This document shows, piece by piece, positions 1-12,203 of a DNA stretch of 64,000 nt. The notes beneath the pieces were generated by a model, which had not been told where the DNA came from, ran no database searches, and saw only the letters and a program-made list of their open reading frames with translations. A program made the position numbers and the translations under genes. Position 1 is the first letter of the stretch. Each line of letters starts with the position of its first letter. The stretch comes from Octopus vulgaris (Eukaryota): assembly GCA_951406725.2 (NCBI GenBank), contig OX597838.1:42656001-42720000 (forward strand), given 5' to 3'.

Positions 1-902
1 GTACAAGGAAACTGTATACTCCTCCCGGTAAAAAGTGGTAGGAGTCAGCCCTTATAAATATACTAGTAGCCAGTCATCAAGAGAGGGTCGAGAGTTGAAG
101 TGTTGAGAGTTGACAGTTGTAGTCAGTGTCTGTGGAGCTCTCAGCAATAGCAAGACAGAAGGAATTAGTGTATTACTATTCCGGTACGAAGAGATACAAC
201 GGTATCCAATGACTAGTAACTATCGTGTCTACCAGCATAAAACAGCAATTACAGTACAACGGCAGTCACACATGGCACAAGTGGGAGGAACCCACTTCAC
301 AACAGTCACACATGGCACCAGTGGGAGGAACCCACTTCACAACAGTCAATCCAGTTAGTACCAGGAGTTAGTTCTTGAAGCCTGCTATTTGTTCTATCAG
401 TCTGTGTTTTTTGCTGAATTGGTAAGTTACAGGATGTAAACAAACCAACACTGGCTGTCAAGCAATGGAAGGACAAACACTAACACATGCCAACACACAC
501 ACACACATACATTATATATGTACATATATTGTAAAAGCTATGATCAATAAAAAAGAAAACAGCGAAGGGAGAAGCTTTAAGAGGTTTGGCCTTAAGTAAA
601 ATGCTTTAATGGGAAGAAAGAAAAAAAGCATGTGGGGGGAGGGAGGAGATAGAAAGCGGAATAATCACAGGGGGAGGAGGAAAAAATCAGCAGTTACCAT
701 GTCCCAAATTCATTGACAAGGCATTGCCAAGCACTGAGTTTGAACCCAAGACCATGTAGGTTGCAAAGTGAATTTTGCCATGGTCATTATGAAGCAACGT
801 GGCTCACAGAAAATACCAATGCTAGTTTTTGGTGGATAATTAATATTTTGACAAGGACAACCAAGAAATTTAATTGCAAAGACAAAGGATCAAAAGACTC
901 AC

Positions 903-1063
903 CCATCAGCTGGAATGTCCCTTAATTGCAGACCCAGTTTAACGACCTGGTTAGAGAAACTGGGGTAGTTTTCATCATCAGCCAAGTAAGATTCCATCTT
1001 GCGCTCTTGTCGGTCACCACCGCAGTTCCTTGCAGGGCTTTTGTCATCCCGTTTTCGGGCCAT
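903..1063 (-). CDS. OTUD3: OTU domain-containing protein 3, first conserved coding segment (gene continues toward lower coordinates)
   Basis: MARKRDDKSPARNCGGDRQERKMESYLADDENYPSFSNQVVKLGLQLRDIPADG resembles the OTUD3 N-terminus (RKRDE...[22 protein letters not shown]) just before the catalytic Cys. ATG at 1063 has A at -3 and G at +4. Donor GG|GTGAGT at 902. Confidence 0.88.
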
Positions 1064-1595
1064 AATGGACAGAGGTTTCCAGCAACCACTTGACCAGCCG
1101 GGGCTTGTCACACTCTCGCTGCTGGTGGTGATGGTGGTGGTCGTGGTGGTGACACTGCTGCTGGCAATGCTATCGGTGGAAGTGGAGACGGAGGGGGAGG
1201 AGTTAGTTTTGTTCTTCTTGGAGGTGAGGGGCCCTTGGTTATTGCTGGCTTTGTTACTGTCGCGGTGGGGGTTGTTGGTCCCAGCAGCCACACACGTCAA
1301 GCTGTGCTGGCTCCACTTGGCTCCACCACCTATGCTCAGATCAGGGGGTGGCGGTGGGGGGTGAGATGGGGGTGGATGCCGCTTAGGCGGCTTCTTTTTG
1401 GACAACTGCTGCTGCTGTTGCTGCTGTTGTTGTTGTTGCTGCTGTTTCAATGACTTGTTGCTCTTGTGCTTACTGTTGCTCTCTGTGGCACTGACCAATG
1501 GACTGTCGCTGTCTCCAGCAGCGGTGGCGGTGATGCTACTGTCACTCTGGCTACCAGTTCCTGTACTTGTTGTTGTCGTAGTCGTGGAAGAATTG
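1064..1595 (-). other. OTUD3: Upstream part of the same OTUD3 exon: low-complexity in-frame open region (poly-Q, poly-P, S/T tracts), either 5' UTR or N-terminal extension
   Basis: Acceptor CTCTCTCCAACAG|C at 1596/1595 after a long CT tract. Frame is open with no stop and no ATG between 1595 and the ATG at 1063. Confidence 0.65.
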
Positions 1596-1906
1596 CTGTT
1601 GGAGAGAGAAAGAGAGAGAGAGGGAGAATGAGTTGGAGTTTATTGTAATTTGGGAAACAACCACAAAATATAAATGGTGGTGGCCATGGCAGCGGCAGCA
1701 CTGTGATGATGATGATGATGATTGTAGTGATGATTGAGTTGGCAGTTAACTGAATTGAAAACAAGAAGGAAAAAAGAATAAAGAGCAAAAGCTCTCAAAT
1801 TCTGGTGGTGGTGGTCATGGTGGTAAGAGAAAAGTAGAAATGTAAATTGTGATGCTGGAGCAGAGCCAGGCTAAGGCACCATCTTGAAGGATTTTAGTCC
1901 ATTGCC

Positions 1907-1948
<42 letters not shown>

Positions 1949-1982
1949 AAAAATTGATTTAAAAAAAATAAACACATATGAC

Positions 1983-2345
1983 AGGTGCAAGTGTGGCTGT
2001 GTGGTAAGCAGCTTGCTTCACAGTCACGTGGTTTCAGGTTCAGTCCCACAGCATGGCACTTTATAGCCCCAGGCTAACCAAACCCTTCTGAGCAAATTTA
2101 GTAGGCAGAAATTAAATGTGTGTGTGTGTTTGTATCTCCTTGCATTGATATTGTGTCATGGCTGTAAATGAGTGCCACTGTCATACAAGCAGTGTCTGTG
2201 AGAACATGACTGGCAATGGGGAAATTTTATCTTAGTCAGAAACAAGTGATGGTTAGTGGCAGGAAGAGCATTCAACCATAGAAAAAATTACCTCAATAAA
2301 TTTCATCCAACCTTTGCAAGTATAGAAAAGTGGATGTTAAAATTA
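1983..2345 (+). mobile_element. Decayed tRNA-derived SINE
   Basis: Head GTGGCTGTGTGGTAAG...GGTTCAGTCCCA (A/B-box-like), same family as the copies at 5598 and 11817. Confidence 0.65.
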
Positions 2346-3084
2346 CAACGATGAGGGTACGACAGTCTCTGCACAATTTCCAAAGTACAAAGTGATCCCT
2401 GAAATGCAGAAAAGGGACACGATGGAAGAGGGTGGTTGACCTGAAGATGCTACAATGGATTGTACTGATGGTAGATATAAGATGCTGCAGAAGATCCGGC
2501 CAGCCAGCTCCAGCCACACACAATAGGGCAGGGCTTAGAAGCTGCAATATTTCTACCCACCCTCACCTCATATTTACATATGTTCCTTTTTACCATTCTC
2601 CTTATCACCACTTGTAGTCCTCCATCTCCTTTGCTGACTACACCATCCTCATCACTCTGCCCATTTGCCCTTCAACCCCACCTCTCTCTCCTATATATGT
2701 AGAAGATTGCATTAACCCCCCTGCCCCCGTCATCATCTCAACCCCCCCACCTCCTCCCATCTGATACACTCAAAGTCCTACTAACAGCCACCAGCAATCT
2801 CAATCCCCTAACCCACCACACTAGTCCCCCACCCCTTCACCATCTCCTCTGTTTATTTCATCACCCACCCCACAAACCACCTCTATGTATCTCTGTTGTC
2901 TTCACATCATATTCTTTCTACGATCGGTTGGTGCTTTTACGTGTCACCGACACGGATGCCAGTCAGGCGGCGCTGGCATCTGCCATGTTCGGACGGTGCT
3001 TTTAACATGTCACCGGCACGGGTATCTTAACTACAATTTCCAATTGATTTTCATTTTGATGTTGGTGTTAACGTACTTGACTCA

Positions 3085-4030
3085 ATAGATCTCCTCAAGA
3101 ACAGAGGGTCACTCTACGATCCAAGGTTAGCACAGCAGACCATCCTGCGAGCCATGAATTCACTTCATTTGTCGGGTCTTCACAGTCACAGCATATCTTC
3201 AGAGGTCTCGGTCTTTCGTCATAGCCTCTGTGAGGCTCAACGTACGAAGGTCATGCTTGACCACCTCGTCCCATGTCTTCCTGGATCTACCTCTACCCCA
3301 GATTCCTTCAACAGTTTGGGAGTGGCACTTCTTCACACATCTCTCCTCAGCCATCCGTAGTACATGACTATACCAATGCAAACGTCTCTCCTGCACGCTG
3401 CATCTGATGCTTCTTATGCCCAACATTTCTCTCAGGGCACTTACACTCTGTCGTGCATGGATACTGACATTACACATCCAGTGGATCATGCTAGCTTCAT
3501 TTCTTTCAAGCCTACGCATGTCCTCCACAGTCACGGCCCATGTTTCACTACTGTGAAGCATGGCAGTTCGCACACGTGCATCGTACAATCTACCTTTCAC
3601 TCTGAGTGAGAGACCCTTTGTCGCCAGTAGGGGAAGAAGCTTCCTTAACTTTGCCCAGGCTATTCTTATTCTAGTGGTAACACTCTCTGAGCATCCACCC
3701 CTGCTACTAACTTGATCACCTAGGTAGCGGAAACTATCAACTACTTCTAGTTTCTCCCCCTGGAGTGTGATGGAATCTGTTTTCTGAGTATCTGTGGTGT
3801 CTATTGCCCCTGTGCATCTACCGCACATGAAAGCTATCTTCCCGGTTAATTTTCCTTTGATGTTGTTGCACCTCTTATGTGTCCATAGCTTACACTGGGT
3901 ACATCTTATGGAGTTTCTACCTACACCTTTTCTACAGATCGAGCAGGGCCACCTACCTGAAGGGGTGTGTGGTGAGCTTGCCTTCCGACTTACTAGAACT
4001 TTGGTCTTTGTGCCTTCCTACTTACTAGAA
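3085..4030 (-). mobile_element. 5'-truncated RTE-clade LINE: end of RT, PHD finger, C-terminal domain and 3' UTR
   Basis: KTKVLV...CSICRKGVGRNSIRCTQCKLWTHKRC...CGRC...LEVVDSFRYLG...VKGRLYDARVRTAMLHSSETW...RLHWYSHVLRM...GRGRSRKTW, typical RTE ORF C-terminus. Confidence 0.9.
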
Positions 4031-5597
4031 CCATATACATACATATATATATATATAAACATATATATATATATATTAGTACAGATACTCAACTTTGTCC
4101 ATGTCACATGGAATTGAAAAATTCGACTTTTATATTTTCTCTAATGAAGTGGAATACCTATGATTCAAATTTCATCAAAATTGGAAATTAAGAATTTTAA
4201 TACAGGTTCTTTCCTTCTTTACACCCTAACAAAAATTCTGATCATGACATATTTAGCCCATACTACTCATCTTTATGCCCAGATTCCAAAATCCAAATCT
4301 TATAAAACCTATTCAAAGGTTTTTGCTCCTGAAAAATGGAGCACATGGAGCTCTAAAATATGGGAGTTAAGGCCCCTATTGGAGGTGGGGTCTTAAAGCC
4401 AACCAGAGAAGTTGAATTGTTGGGAATCTTTTTTAAGTTGGGTCCTATATCTATTGTTCAAATTTCTTTGAAATCAGAATTACATGAATGTTCACTGGGT
4501 TTGTAAAAGAGAGCAAAGCTACAGGAAACCTAAAGACAAATAATTACAATAAGCGGTCAGCTACCCAACCCTAGTTGTTACCACTCCCCAATGTAGGATT
4601 CCGAACCATACAGGTGACGGGCACAGCCGTCAGATGCATTACGGATCTATAGCAATTGAAAGAGCGTGACCCAACTCAAATAAACATTAACAACTGTGTG
4701 AAGTGAGGGCTAAGGGGAAATGAAAGTTTCACCTCTGGAGTTTGCCAATGACTACTATGCCAATTGGTAAATGGACAGAATAAATTTGCAATCTATAAAT
4801 GTCTTTGAATGACCAGTCACTTATCTGGGAAGGGATTGAAATCAATATTACCATCTGAGGACGATCTCTGACTCAGTGATAATAAAAAGACTCAAAGGAA
4901 TTCTGCAACCAAATAACTTTACTCGAAATAACACTTTGCAACTGAATCGGCGGAGGCAAAGATGGCTCTTCTTTACTTGACAATTTATACACCACATTGC
5001 AGAAATCACAATCTAAGTATATCTCAAAGCAAACTCTTACACTGTTGTACAATTGAATTACAAATAACAGTCATTTTGTATGCTCGGGTGACTCTACATA
5101 AATATATATATATATAAACACATATATATATATAAATAAATAAAAACATATAATATACATACATATATATATATATAATATACATATATATATAAATATG
5201 TAATTAAGCAGAAATTGGAGAAATCTTGATCAACAACAATTGGCTACTATTGATTTTATTTTTTTATACAAAACTTTATCCCATCTAACAGCTGTTCCTG
5301 CTTCCAATGTCCTGCAGTGTTGCCAAAGAAAATTTTGAGAATAATATTTGTCATATTTTGTAACACATCTAATCTGGAAAATGGAGCATAATATGCCCAG
5401 GGCTAACATAGGTAATTGACAGCGGTAGTAAAATGGGTATTCTTATCCCTTACACAGTTATTCCAACCGATAACTCCACTAACCATATATATGTGTGTGC
5501 GTGTGTGTGTAATATATATAATATAAATATATACATAATATATATATATATATATAATATACATATATAATATAAATATAAAGGTATATAATAATTA

Positions 5598-5962
5598 TGT
5601 GGCTGTGTGGTAAGTAGCTTGCTTACTAACCACATGGTACCAGGTTCAGTCCCATTGCAAGGCACCTTGAGAAAGTGTCTTCTACCATAGCCTTAAGTGG
5701 ATTTGGCAGACGGAAACTGAAAGAAGCTCGTCGTATATATGAATGTGTGTGTATATATTTGTGTCTGCGTTTGTCCCGTCAACATCGCTTGACAACTGAT
5801 ACCGGTGTGTTTACGCCCCTGTAACTTAGCGTTTCAGCAACAGAGACCGATAGAATAAGTACTAGGCTTACAAAAAGTAAGTCCTGGGGTCGATTTGTGC
5901 TACTAAAGGCGGTGCTCCAGCATGGCCGCATTCAAATTACTGAAACAAGTAAAAGAATAAAA
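5598..5962 (+). mobile_element. tRNA-derived SINE with internal TA/TG microsatellite
   Basis: Colinear with the copy at 11817-12203, ends GTAAAAGAATAAAAG. Confidence 0.8.
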
Positions 5963-6015
<53 letters not shown>

Positions 6016-6035
6016 ATATACATACACACACACAA

Positions 6036-6187
6036 CAAGCTTCAGCGCAGTTTCTGTCTACCAAATCGGCTCGCAAAGCTTTGGTGGGCCCGAGGCTATA
6101 GCAGATCCAAGGTGTAACGCAGAGGTCTGAACCACTGAACCCGGAACTATACGGTTGGGGAGCAAACCTCTTGCCACACGGCCACAT
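6036..6187 (-). mobile_element. tRNA-derived SINE 5' half, inverted relative to the 5598 copy
   Basis: Reverse complement of the same head and GGTAGACAGAAACTG block. Confidence 0.65.
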
Positions 6188-7329
6188 AAACGTGTGTGGC
6201 GTGCGTTGTAATGATTAGGCTTTTTTTAATTGGCAAATTTACTTAATTCCTACGACCTACCTTGCGTATTTTTCATAATGATACATGCTTTCTATATTGA
6301 TACGAGTGTGTGTGTGTGTGTAGATAATTATAATGTGCAAACGAATGTCGTATGCCTGTTTCGGTTTCTTCTTAATAAAGTTGGGCATTCCAAGCGACAA
6401 ACAGAGAGGCCTAAAAACAATGCCTACAGCTAATTTAATTAATAAAACACAATTTTCTTAGATAACAAAACAAATTTGTTTTTGTATTTCATTTTCGATT
6501 AACGTCGTTAATTTTGCATCAAAATCAAATTTCTATCATTTTAGTTTCTGAGTATTTTGTTTTGTTTTTACGCACTATTAATCTCTTTGTTGTATTTTTT
6601 TAAAAACGTATTTTAAAGTGTTAAACCGGTTTTAAGATATAAATAACATTTAGACAATCTCTTGACCAGTTCAGACAAGAGAAATTTCAAATCTGTTGGA
6701 TATTTACTATTACGAAGAAGGAAGAAGAAGAAAAGCCTTGCTTCAGTGTTACACGTCTGATGAGGTTAGGTGCTTTAATTATAAATTGAATCCGAATTAT
6801 TTGTCGGATTCAAGGGGAAACTACATTTAAAAAAAAGTAATAAATACCGTAAAAGTCTGACCATTCATTGATCTATTCAGACATCGGCATACAATTCTCC
6901 TTTCTCTGGCCACCTCCTATTCTTCCTCCATTCACATGAATGTTATTGGCTTTTATTATTGATAGTATTGGGATGTGAGAGAGAGATGGGGGGGAAGCCA
7001 GGTGAAATGCCTTTGGTATTTAATACCACCACAAACAGTACAAAGCCTCTGTGAAGAGTTCAAATCCTGTCGGGATCGACTTTTCATTTCATTTTCATCA
7101 GGGAAACGATTCAACAGACACGGTGCCAGTTTATAAAACCATTATTACACATAATAATAAGTAATCTGAGAGTCTGGATCCTTTCAAATGGCCGTAGACT
7201 TAGTGAGTGGAGGCCAAACATATTTTGTCCCGAAAGTCTTGCTGACACAATTTGCCCAAACAATCCTGACATTTTACGGAAACTTTCATTTTCGTGAGAC
7301 GCTAAATTAAACTAATTGTTTTTGAGAGA

Positions 7330-7362
<33 letters not shown>

Positions 7363-7525
7363 CTCGTAACAATATTTTAAGGTTAGTGAATGCCATTGTT
7401 TCAAAATAAAATTTCATAAAAAGACATTTTCTCTTGGGAAACCCCAGGGTCTTCCCTCCCCCCAAACGATACACTGGAATTCCTCGGAACTCACTTTAGG
7501 AAACATGGCCATAGGCAATTGTCAC

Positions 7526-7581
<56 letters not shown>

Positions 7582-7880
7582 AATCCTTCGGTATTAATCC
7601 CCAGAATGTCAAATGAAAAGTCGTATTTTATCATATATATACATATCCACACACACACATTATATATACACATAATATAAATATAATCATTCTCAACACC
7701 TTTAATATAGTCAGGTGCTCTCCTGTTTTGTTACTCGACCTTGCCAACATAAACATCATCTTCGTGTCCAGACCACACACACACTCTGAAGTGAAACGAC
7801 ACACTACGATGTACGCCACCGCACAGACACACACTTGCCCAACCTTTATAATCAGCAATTAATCTAACCTCTCTCTCTCT

Positions 7881-7932
<52 letters not shown>

Positions 7933-8230
7933 TACGCCTCTCTCTCTCTCTCTCCTCCGGCTGTAGTCGGTGCGACCTTGCCAACATAAACACTCCACTA
8001 GCCATCAATAAGTACTGGCAAGAGTGGAAAACCTGTCAGTTCGGACATAATAATAATAACCAGGCTACCATCCCTCCTTCCTTCTGTCTCTCGTTAAAAG
8101 CCTACCAAAGAACAGGTATCTTCCTACATATATTGCTCTGGTGGTTCTCACGGTGGTCATTCCACATCTTAACTTACCAGATAAACACGTATTTCTCACC
8201 TGCAGCTTGCTAGTATGTGGCCGGTCTGAT

Positions 8231-8266
<36 letters not shown>

Positions 8267-8411
8267 TGAGATGGAGACCGTGTATACATACATTTTTCTG
8301 AAGCATGAATAATAAATATAATCTCAAAGATAAAAGTGAACCAAACATTAATAGTCACAAACCCATTACGGCTGACAACAGAAATTGCCACAGGCAACAA
8401 ACAGTATATAA

Positions 8412-8467
<56 letters not shown>

Positions 8468-8764
8468 GCATGCACACACGCATATACATATATGACCAAA
8501 ATATAATCGATCGGCAGTTTTAATAACAAAAAAGTAGATACAGAATTTCAACAATATCGGTGACAATATTGGCAAAAGCTAAGAAATTAACAAGAGACGA
8601 TCAGAACCGATGGAATTAACGACATAGTTTAAGGGTTACTCACACACACACACACAGATATCGGTCAATTGTCCAAAAGTCAGAAAAGAGAAAATTCGAA
8701 CGGTTGCACTTTACGTTGGCGAATATCACATACAAGAATATACTAATCGACAATATAAAAGTGC

Positions 8765-8811
<47 letters not shown>

Positions 8812-8914
8812 CGATTCGGGAAACATGGAAATAAAAATTCGACCTGTAAGATTTTTAAGGCAATGACAACTGTAATAATAGCGATATTTATACCACTTCT
8901 AATATGATAACAAT

Positions 8915-8971
<57 letters not shown>

Positions 8972-9532
8972 TAGGTACCAGGCGAGATAAGGTAAACAGA
9001 GAGAGAGTCAATTGAATTTGCTCAAGAATTAATATTAAAAGTAACTTGGTCGTTTCGGAGCGAATTCGAACTCGAAATAAGACGATACATATTGTTTGAT
9101 TTCTGGCATAAACCTAACAAACCTCAAGTTAGAAAATCTCAATAAAAATAATGGTTTTGCAATAAATGAATAAGATTTAGGGTAAGTGAAGGCTGTGAGG
9201 GGACTGATGCGAATTCCCCCAACAAATAAACAACGTAATATTATATGTTATCACTTGATTAGCAACATTACAATACCCTAGATGTGTGTGTGTATATATA
9301 TATATGCATAATTCATTCGTTAACAGTTTCAATTTGCTCAGAGTCAAAAATAAAGCCAAGATGACATTAATGATAAGACAATTATCAGAGAAATGAGAGA
9401 AACAATAATAATAATAACAATAATGAAGATAATAACGATGGTGGTGTTGGTGATAAGGCAAATGTGATTGAACTTACAAATAGATTGTTGATGTTGAAAC
9501 AGGTAGACAGAAACACAGACAGGTAGACATAC

Positions 9533-9800
9533 AAGAGTTGTAGAGGCTGTCATGTGAAGAAGAGAAGGAACCCTCTGCAGACCACTGGCTACATGGTTCA
9601 TTTAGGGCGAGCGACACAACTGGGGTCGGGTGGAAGGGGTCTCGGCCTTGGCTTCGGTAAATTCTTTTCAAACGAAGCGGTCAGTAAAAGATCTCTGATT
9701 CGGCAAGAAGCAGAAGAGGAGGCTGAGGCTGGTGGTCTTCCTCTCTCGATTCTTGTATTTGTTTTCTCCAACAACAACAACAACACTGAAATCATATGAT
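9533..9800 (-). other. Candidate first exon of OTUD3
   Basis: CpG-retaining segment just downstream (minus sense) of a tandem ETS motif, ending in donor CTCTT|GTATGT at 9532. Linkage to the 1595 acceptor is inferred. Confidence 0.45.
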
Positions 9801-9808
9801 CGGCTCCA

Positions 9809-9823
9809 ACTTCCGCTTCCGGT
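9809..9823 (-). promoter_or_regulatory. Tandem ETS (GABP/ELK-type) site, housekeeping core promoter
   Basis: ACCGGAAGCGGAAGT on the minus strand, two GGAA cores in a CpG-rich patch. Confidence 0.6.
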
Positions 9824-10539
9824 ACATGTGTTGAGACTGAAACGGACCATCGTCGCTTTCACGGTTCTGAATCCAAATCAGTCTCCTAATCCGCTCCTAT
9901 ATCTACGCAACCACTTCATGGCTTGCCGATCTTCCTCATCACCTTCGGACACGAATAACTTGCCATCATATTTTAGGCATTTCTGCTTATTTCATTGTTA
10001 TATAACTTCAAAAGCTACAGATTTCTCTGTTTTGATTTATTTGAATATTTTTCAATTAAGAATTTTACCTTTGTTAATTAACGAATACCTTAACGTAACA
10101 CCAATTCTAAACCTAATTGCTTTGCTATTCTGTGTTCGAATTTCACTGTGGGTCAACTTAACTAATCTTATCTCTGGTAAATTTGCCGACACAAATTACT
10201 TTATTAAAATCAAAAACAGCGAAGCTCCATCTCTTAGAATAATAACGAAATAAGCATAAATACCTACAAATATAAGACCCTATTAAAAAAAACAACAACT
10301 TATATTTAGGACCCCAAAAGCTCGGAAGGTCAGCCGAAAGGCCAATTTGAGTTTTGGACTGTCAAAGTGAGGATATCGGGGGCGGGGAAGTTTACTTTTC
10401 ATTCATCCTGCTTCATCGCTCGGCTTTGGTGGTTTCAGTGTGTGTTGGGACTGTTTGTAAATACTTTAGAGAAAACCATACATCGCTCACAGACATTATT
10501 GAGTGAGGAAACAATTCTTTAAAAAAAATAAATGAATAC

Positions 10540-10790
10540 AGGTGCCCGACCGTTTTTGCCGGTCACGGTCGAGAGCTCAGAGGTTCTCGGACCCTACACT
10601 GACTACTTTCTGTGCAAAATCGGGATATCTGTGGCCCGCCAGAGAAATGGGCTTAGTGAGGTGGCGTGGCAGCGAGGGTTGCTAACTAACCATTCTCCAC
10701 GGTAACGCCTAGCAATCATATCCGCAAAGCGCCATTCAACGCGCCTTTTGTTCTGGGGTGCACAACCCGTTACTCCCCACCCTTTTGTTT
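10540..10790 (+). promoter_or_regulatory. CpG/GC-rich promoter-like island with RFX X-box cluster
   Basis: TTCTCC-AC-GGTAAC (10693-10706) approximates GTYNCC-AT-GGNAAC. Adjacent CCTAGCAAT and GTTGCTAAC half-sites. GC-rich in an AT-rich context. Confidence 0.5.
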
Positions 10791-11023
10791 CTTTTGCTTT
10801 GCTTCTTTGGTGAAGTAATTATGGATTTTAAGAATGTATTTGATGGTAAACTTAGATGTTTAAATTCATTATAGATATAGGTATACTTACTCAGGTATGC
10901 GCACCAACTTGTTTCCTCATAACTTTCAGAAAATCCATATTTTTTAATGAGATTTTCTACAAATACCTTACATATGGTGTAGCTTACCATTATATCGGCA
11001 TTTAATCTATCTATCTATATATA

Positions 11024-11525
11024 TCATCATCATCATCGTTTAACGTCCGCTTTCCGTGCTAGCATGGGTTGGACGATTTTGACTGAAGGCTAGCGAACCA
11101 GATGGCTGCACCAGGCTCCAATCTTGATCTGGCAGAGTTTCTACAGCTGGATGCCCTTCCTAACGCCAACCACTCTGAGAGTGTAGTGGGTGCTTTCATG
11201 TGCCACCGGCACAGGCTCCAGTCAGGCAGTACTGGCAACAACCTCGCTCGAATCTTTTTACACATGCCACCGGCACAGGTGCCAGTGAGGCAACGCAGGT
11301 CACGATCACACTCAAATGGTGCCTTTTATGTGCCACTGGCACGGAAGCCGGTTAGCCGCTCTGTCAACAATCACACTCGCATGGTGCTCTTTGCACCCCG
11401 CTAGCACGGATGCCAGTCATTGAATTTGATTTTGATTTTGATTTGATTTCACTTGCCTCAACAGGTCTTTGCAAACAGAGTTTTAGTGTCCAAAGAAGGA
11501 AAAGGTACGCACAAGTGGGCTGGTT
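11024..11525 (-). mobile_element. RTE-type 3' tail element ending in (GAT)n
   Basis: Reverse complement of GGCACATAAAAG...GTTAGGAAGGGCATCCAGCTGTAGAAAC...GGACGTTAAACGATGATG. Family recurs many times in the window. Confidence 0.8.
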
Positions 11526-11816
11526 ACGCTCCTGGCATATATATATGTAAAAGAGAGTTTGTGTGTGTGTATGTTCCTTATGCATTCGAAAACTGAGTTG
11601 CCAATTTTGACATATAGTATCAAAAGATTCAGTAATCTTTCAGCTGCCAAATAAAGTTTATTTTCATTTACACATTTTCTACGTTATCTCAACAACCAGC
11701 TTTAGTAATTTCATAGACTCTGCTCTACAACGACAAGTTTTTGTTAGAAAGTGAAAATAGTTCCATACTATCAATTTAAACCAAAATTACAAAGTGTTGC
11801 ATTATGGGAGTGACTA

Positions 11817-11976
11817 GGCGCAGGAGTGGCTGTGTGGTAAGTAGCTTGCTAACCAACCACATGGTTCCGGGTTCAGTCCCACTGCATGGTATCTTGGGCA
11901 AGTGTCTTCTGCTATAGCCCCGAATTTGGTGAGTGGATTTGGTAGACAGAAACTGAAAGAAGCCTGTTGTATATAT

Positions 11977-12008
<32 letters not shown>

Positions 12009-12203
12009 TTGTCCCCCTAGCATTGCTTGACAACCGATGCTGGTGTGTTTACGTCCCCGTAACTTAGCGGTTCGGCAAAAGAGACCAATAGAATAAGTAC
12101 TGGGCTTACAAAGAATAAGTCTCGGGGTCGATTTGCTCGACTAAAGGCGGTGCTCCAGCATGGTCGCAGTCAAATGACTGACACAAGTAAAAGAGTAAAG
12201 AGT
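11817..12203 (+). mobile_element. Well-preserved tRNA-derived SINE with internal microsatellite
   Basis: GGCGCAGGAGTGGCTGTGTGGTAAG (A box), GGGTTCAGTCCC (B-box-like), body, tail GTAAAAGAGTAAAGAG. Confidence 0.85.

Noticed and set aside
1-363. Possible LTR fragment with TATA-like CTTATAAATA and a ~41-bp tandem duplication at 262-346
   Set aside because: Truncated by the window edge, with no TG..CA pair, PBS or internal domain verifiable.
999-1648. Plus-strand ORFs with poly-V/L/C
   Set aside because: Antisense shadows of the trinucleotide-rich OTUD3 exon.
4855-4940. Hammerhead core CTGAGGA...CGAAA
   Set aside because: No stem III, cleavage triplet or stem I can be formed.
6757-6830. CTGATGA followed by a 10-bp hairpin TTGAATCCGA/TCGGATTCAA
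   Set aside because: GAAU instead of GAAA and no stem I. An isolated hairpin only.
8065-9011. ORFs with YIYI, CVCV, THTH, ERER or LSLS runs here and throughout the ORF track
   Set aside because: Translations of dinucleotide microsatellites.
10320-10610. RNase P/MRP RNA (GGAAGGTCAG ... ACCCTACACTGACTAC resemble CR-I and CR-V)
   Set aside because: Only a 6-bp P4 is possible, no P1/P2/P3 pairing is visible and the upstream sequence is AT-rich. A cmscan would settle it.
10541-10700. Telomerase RNA (U-rich hairpin resembling P2b)
   Set aside because: No CUAACCCU template upstream and no convincing P3 partner.
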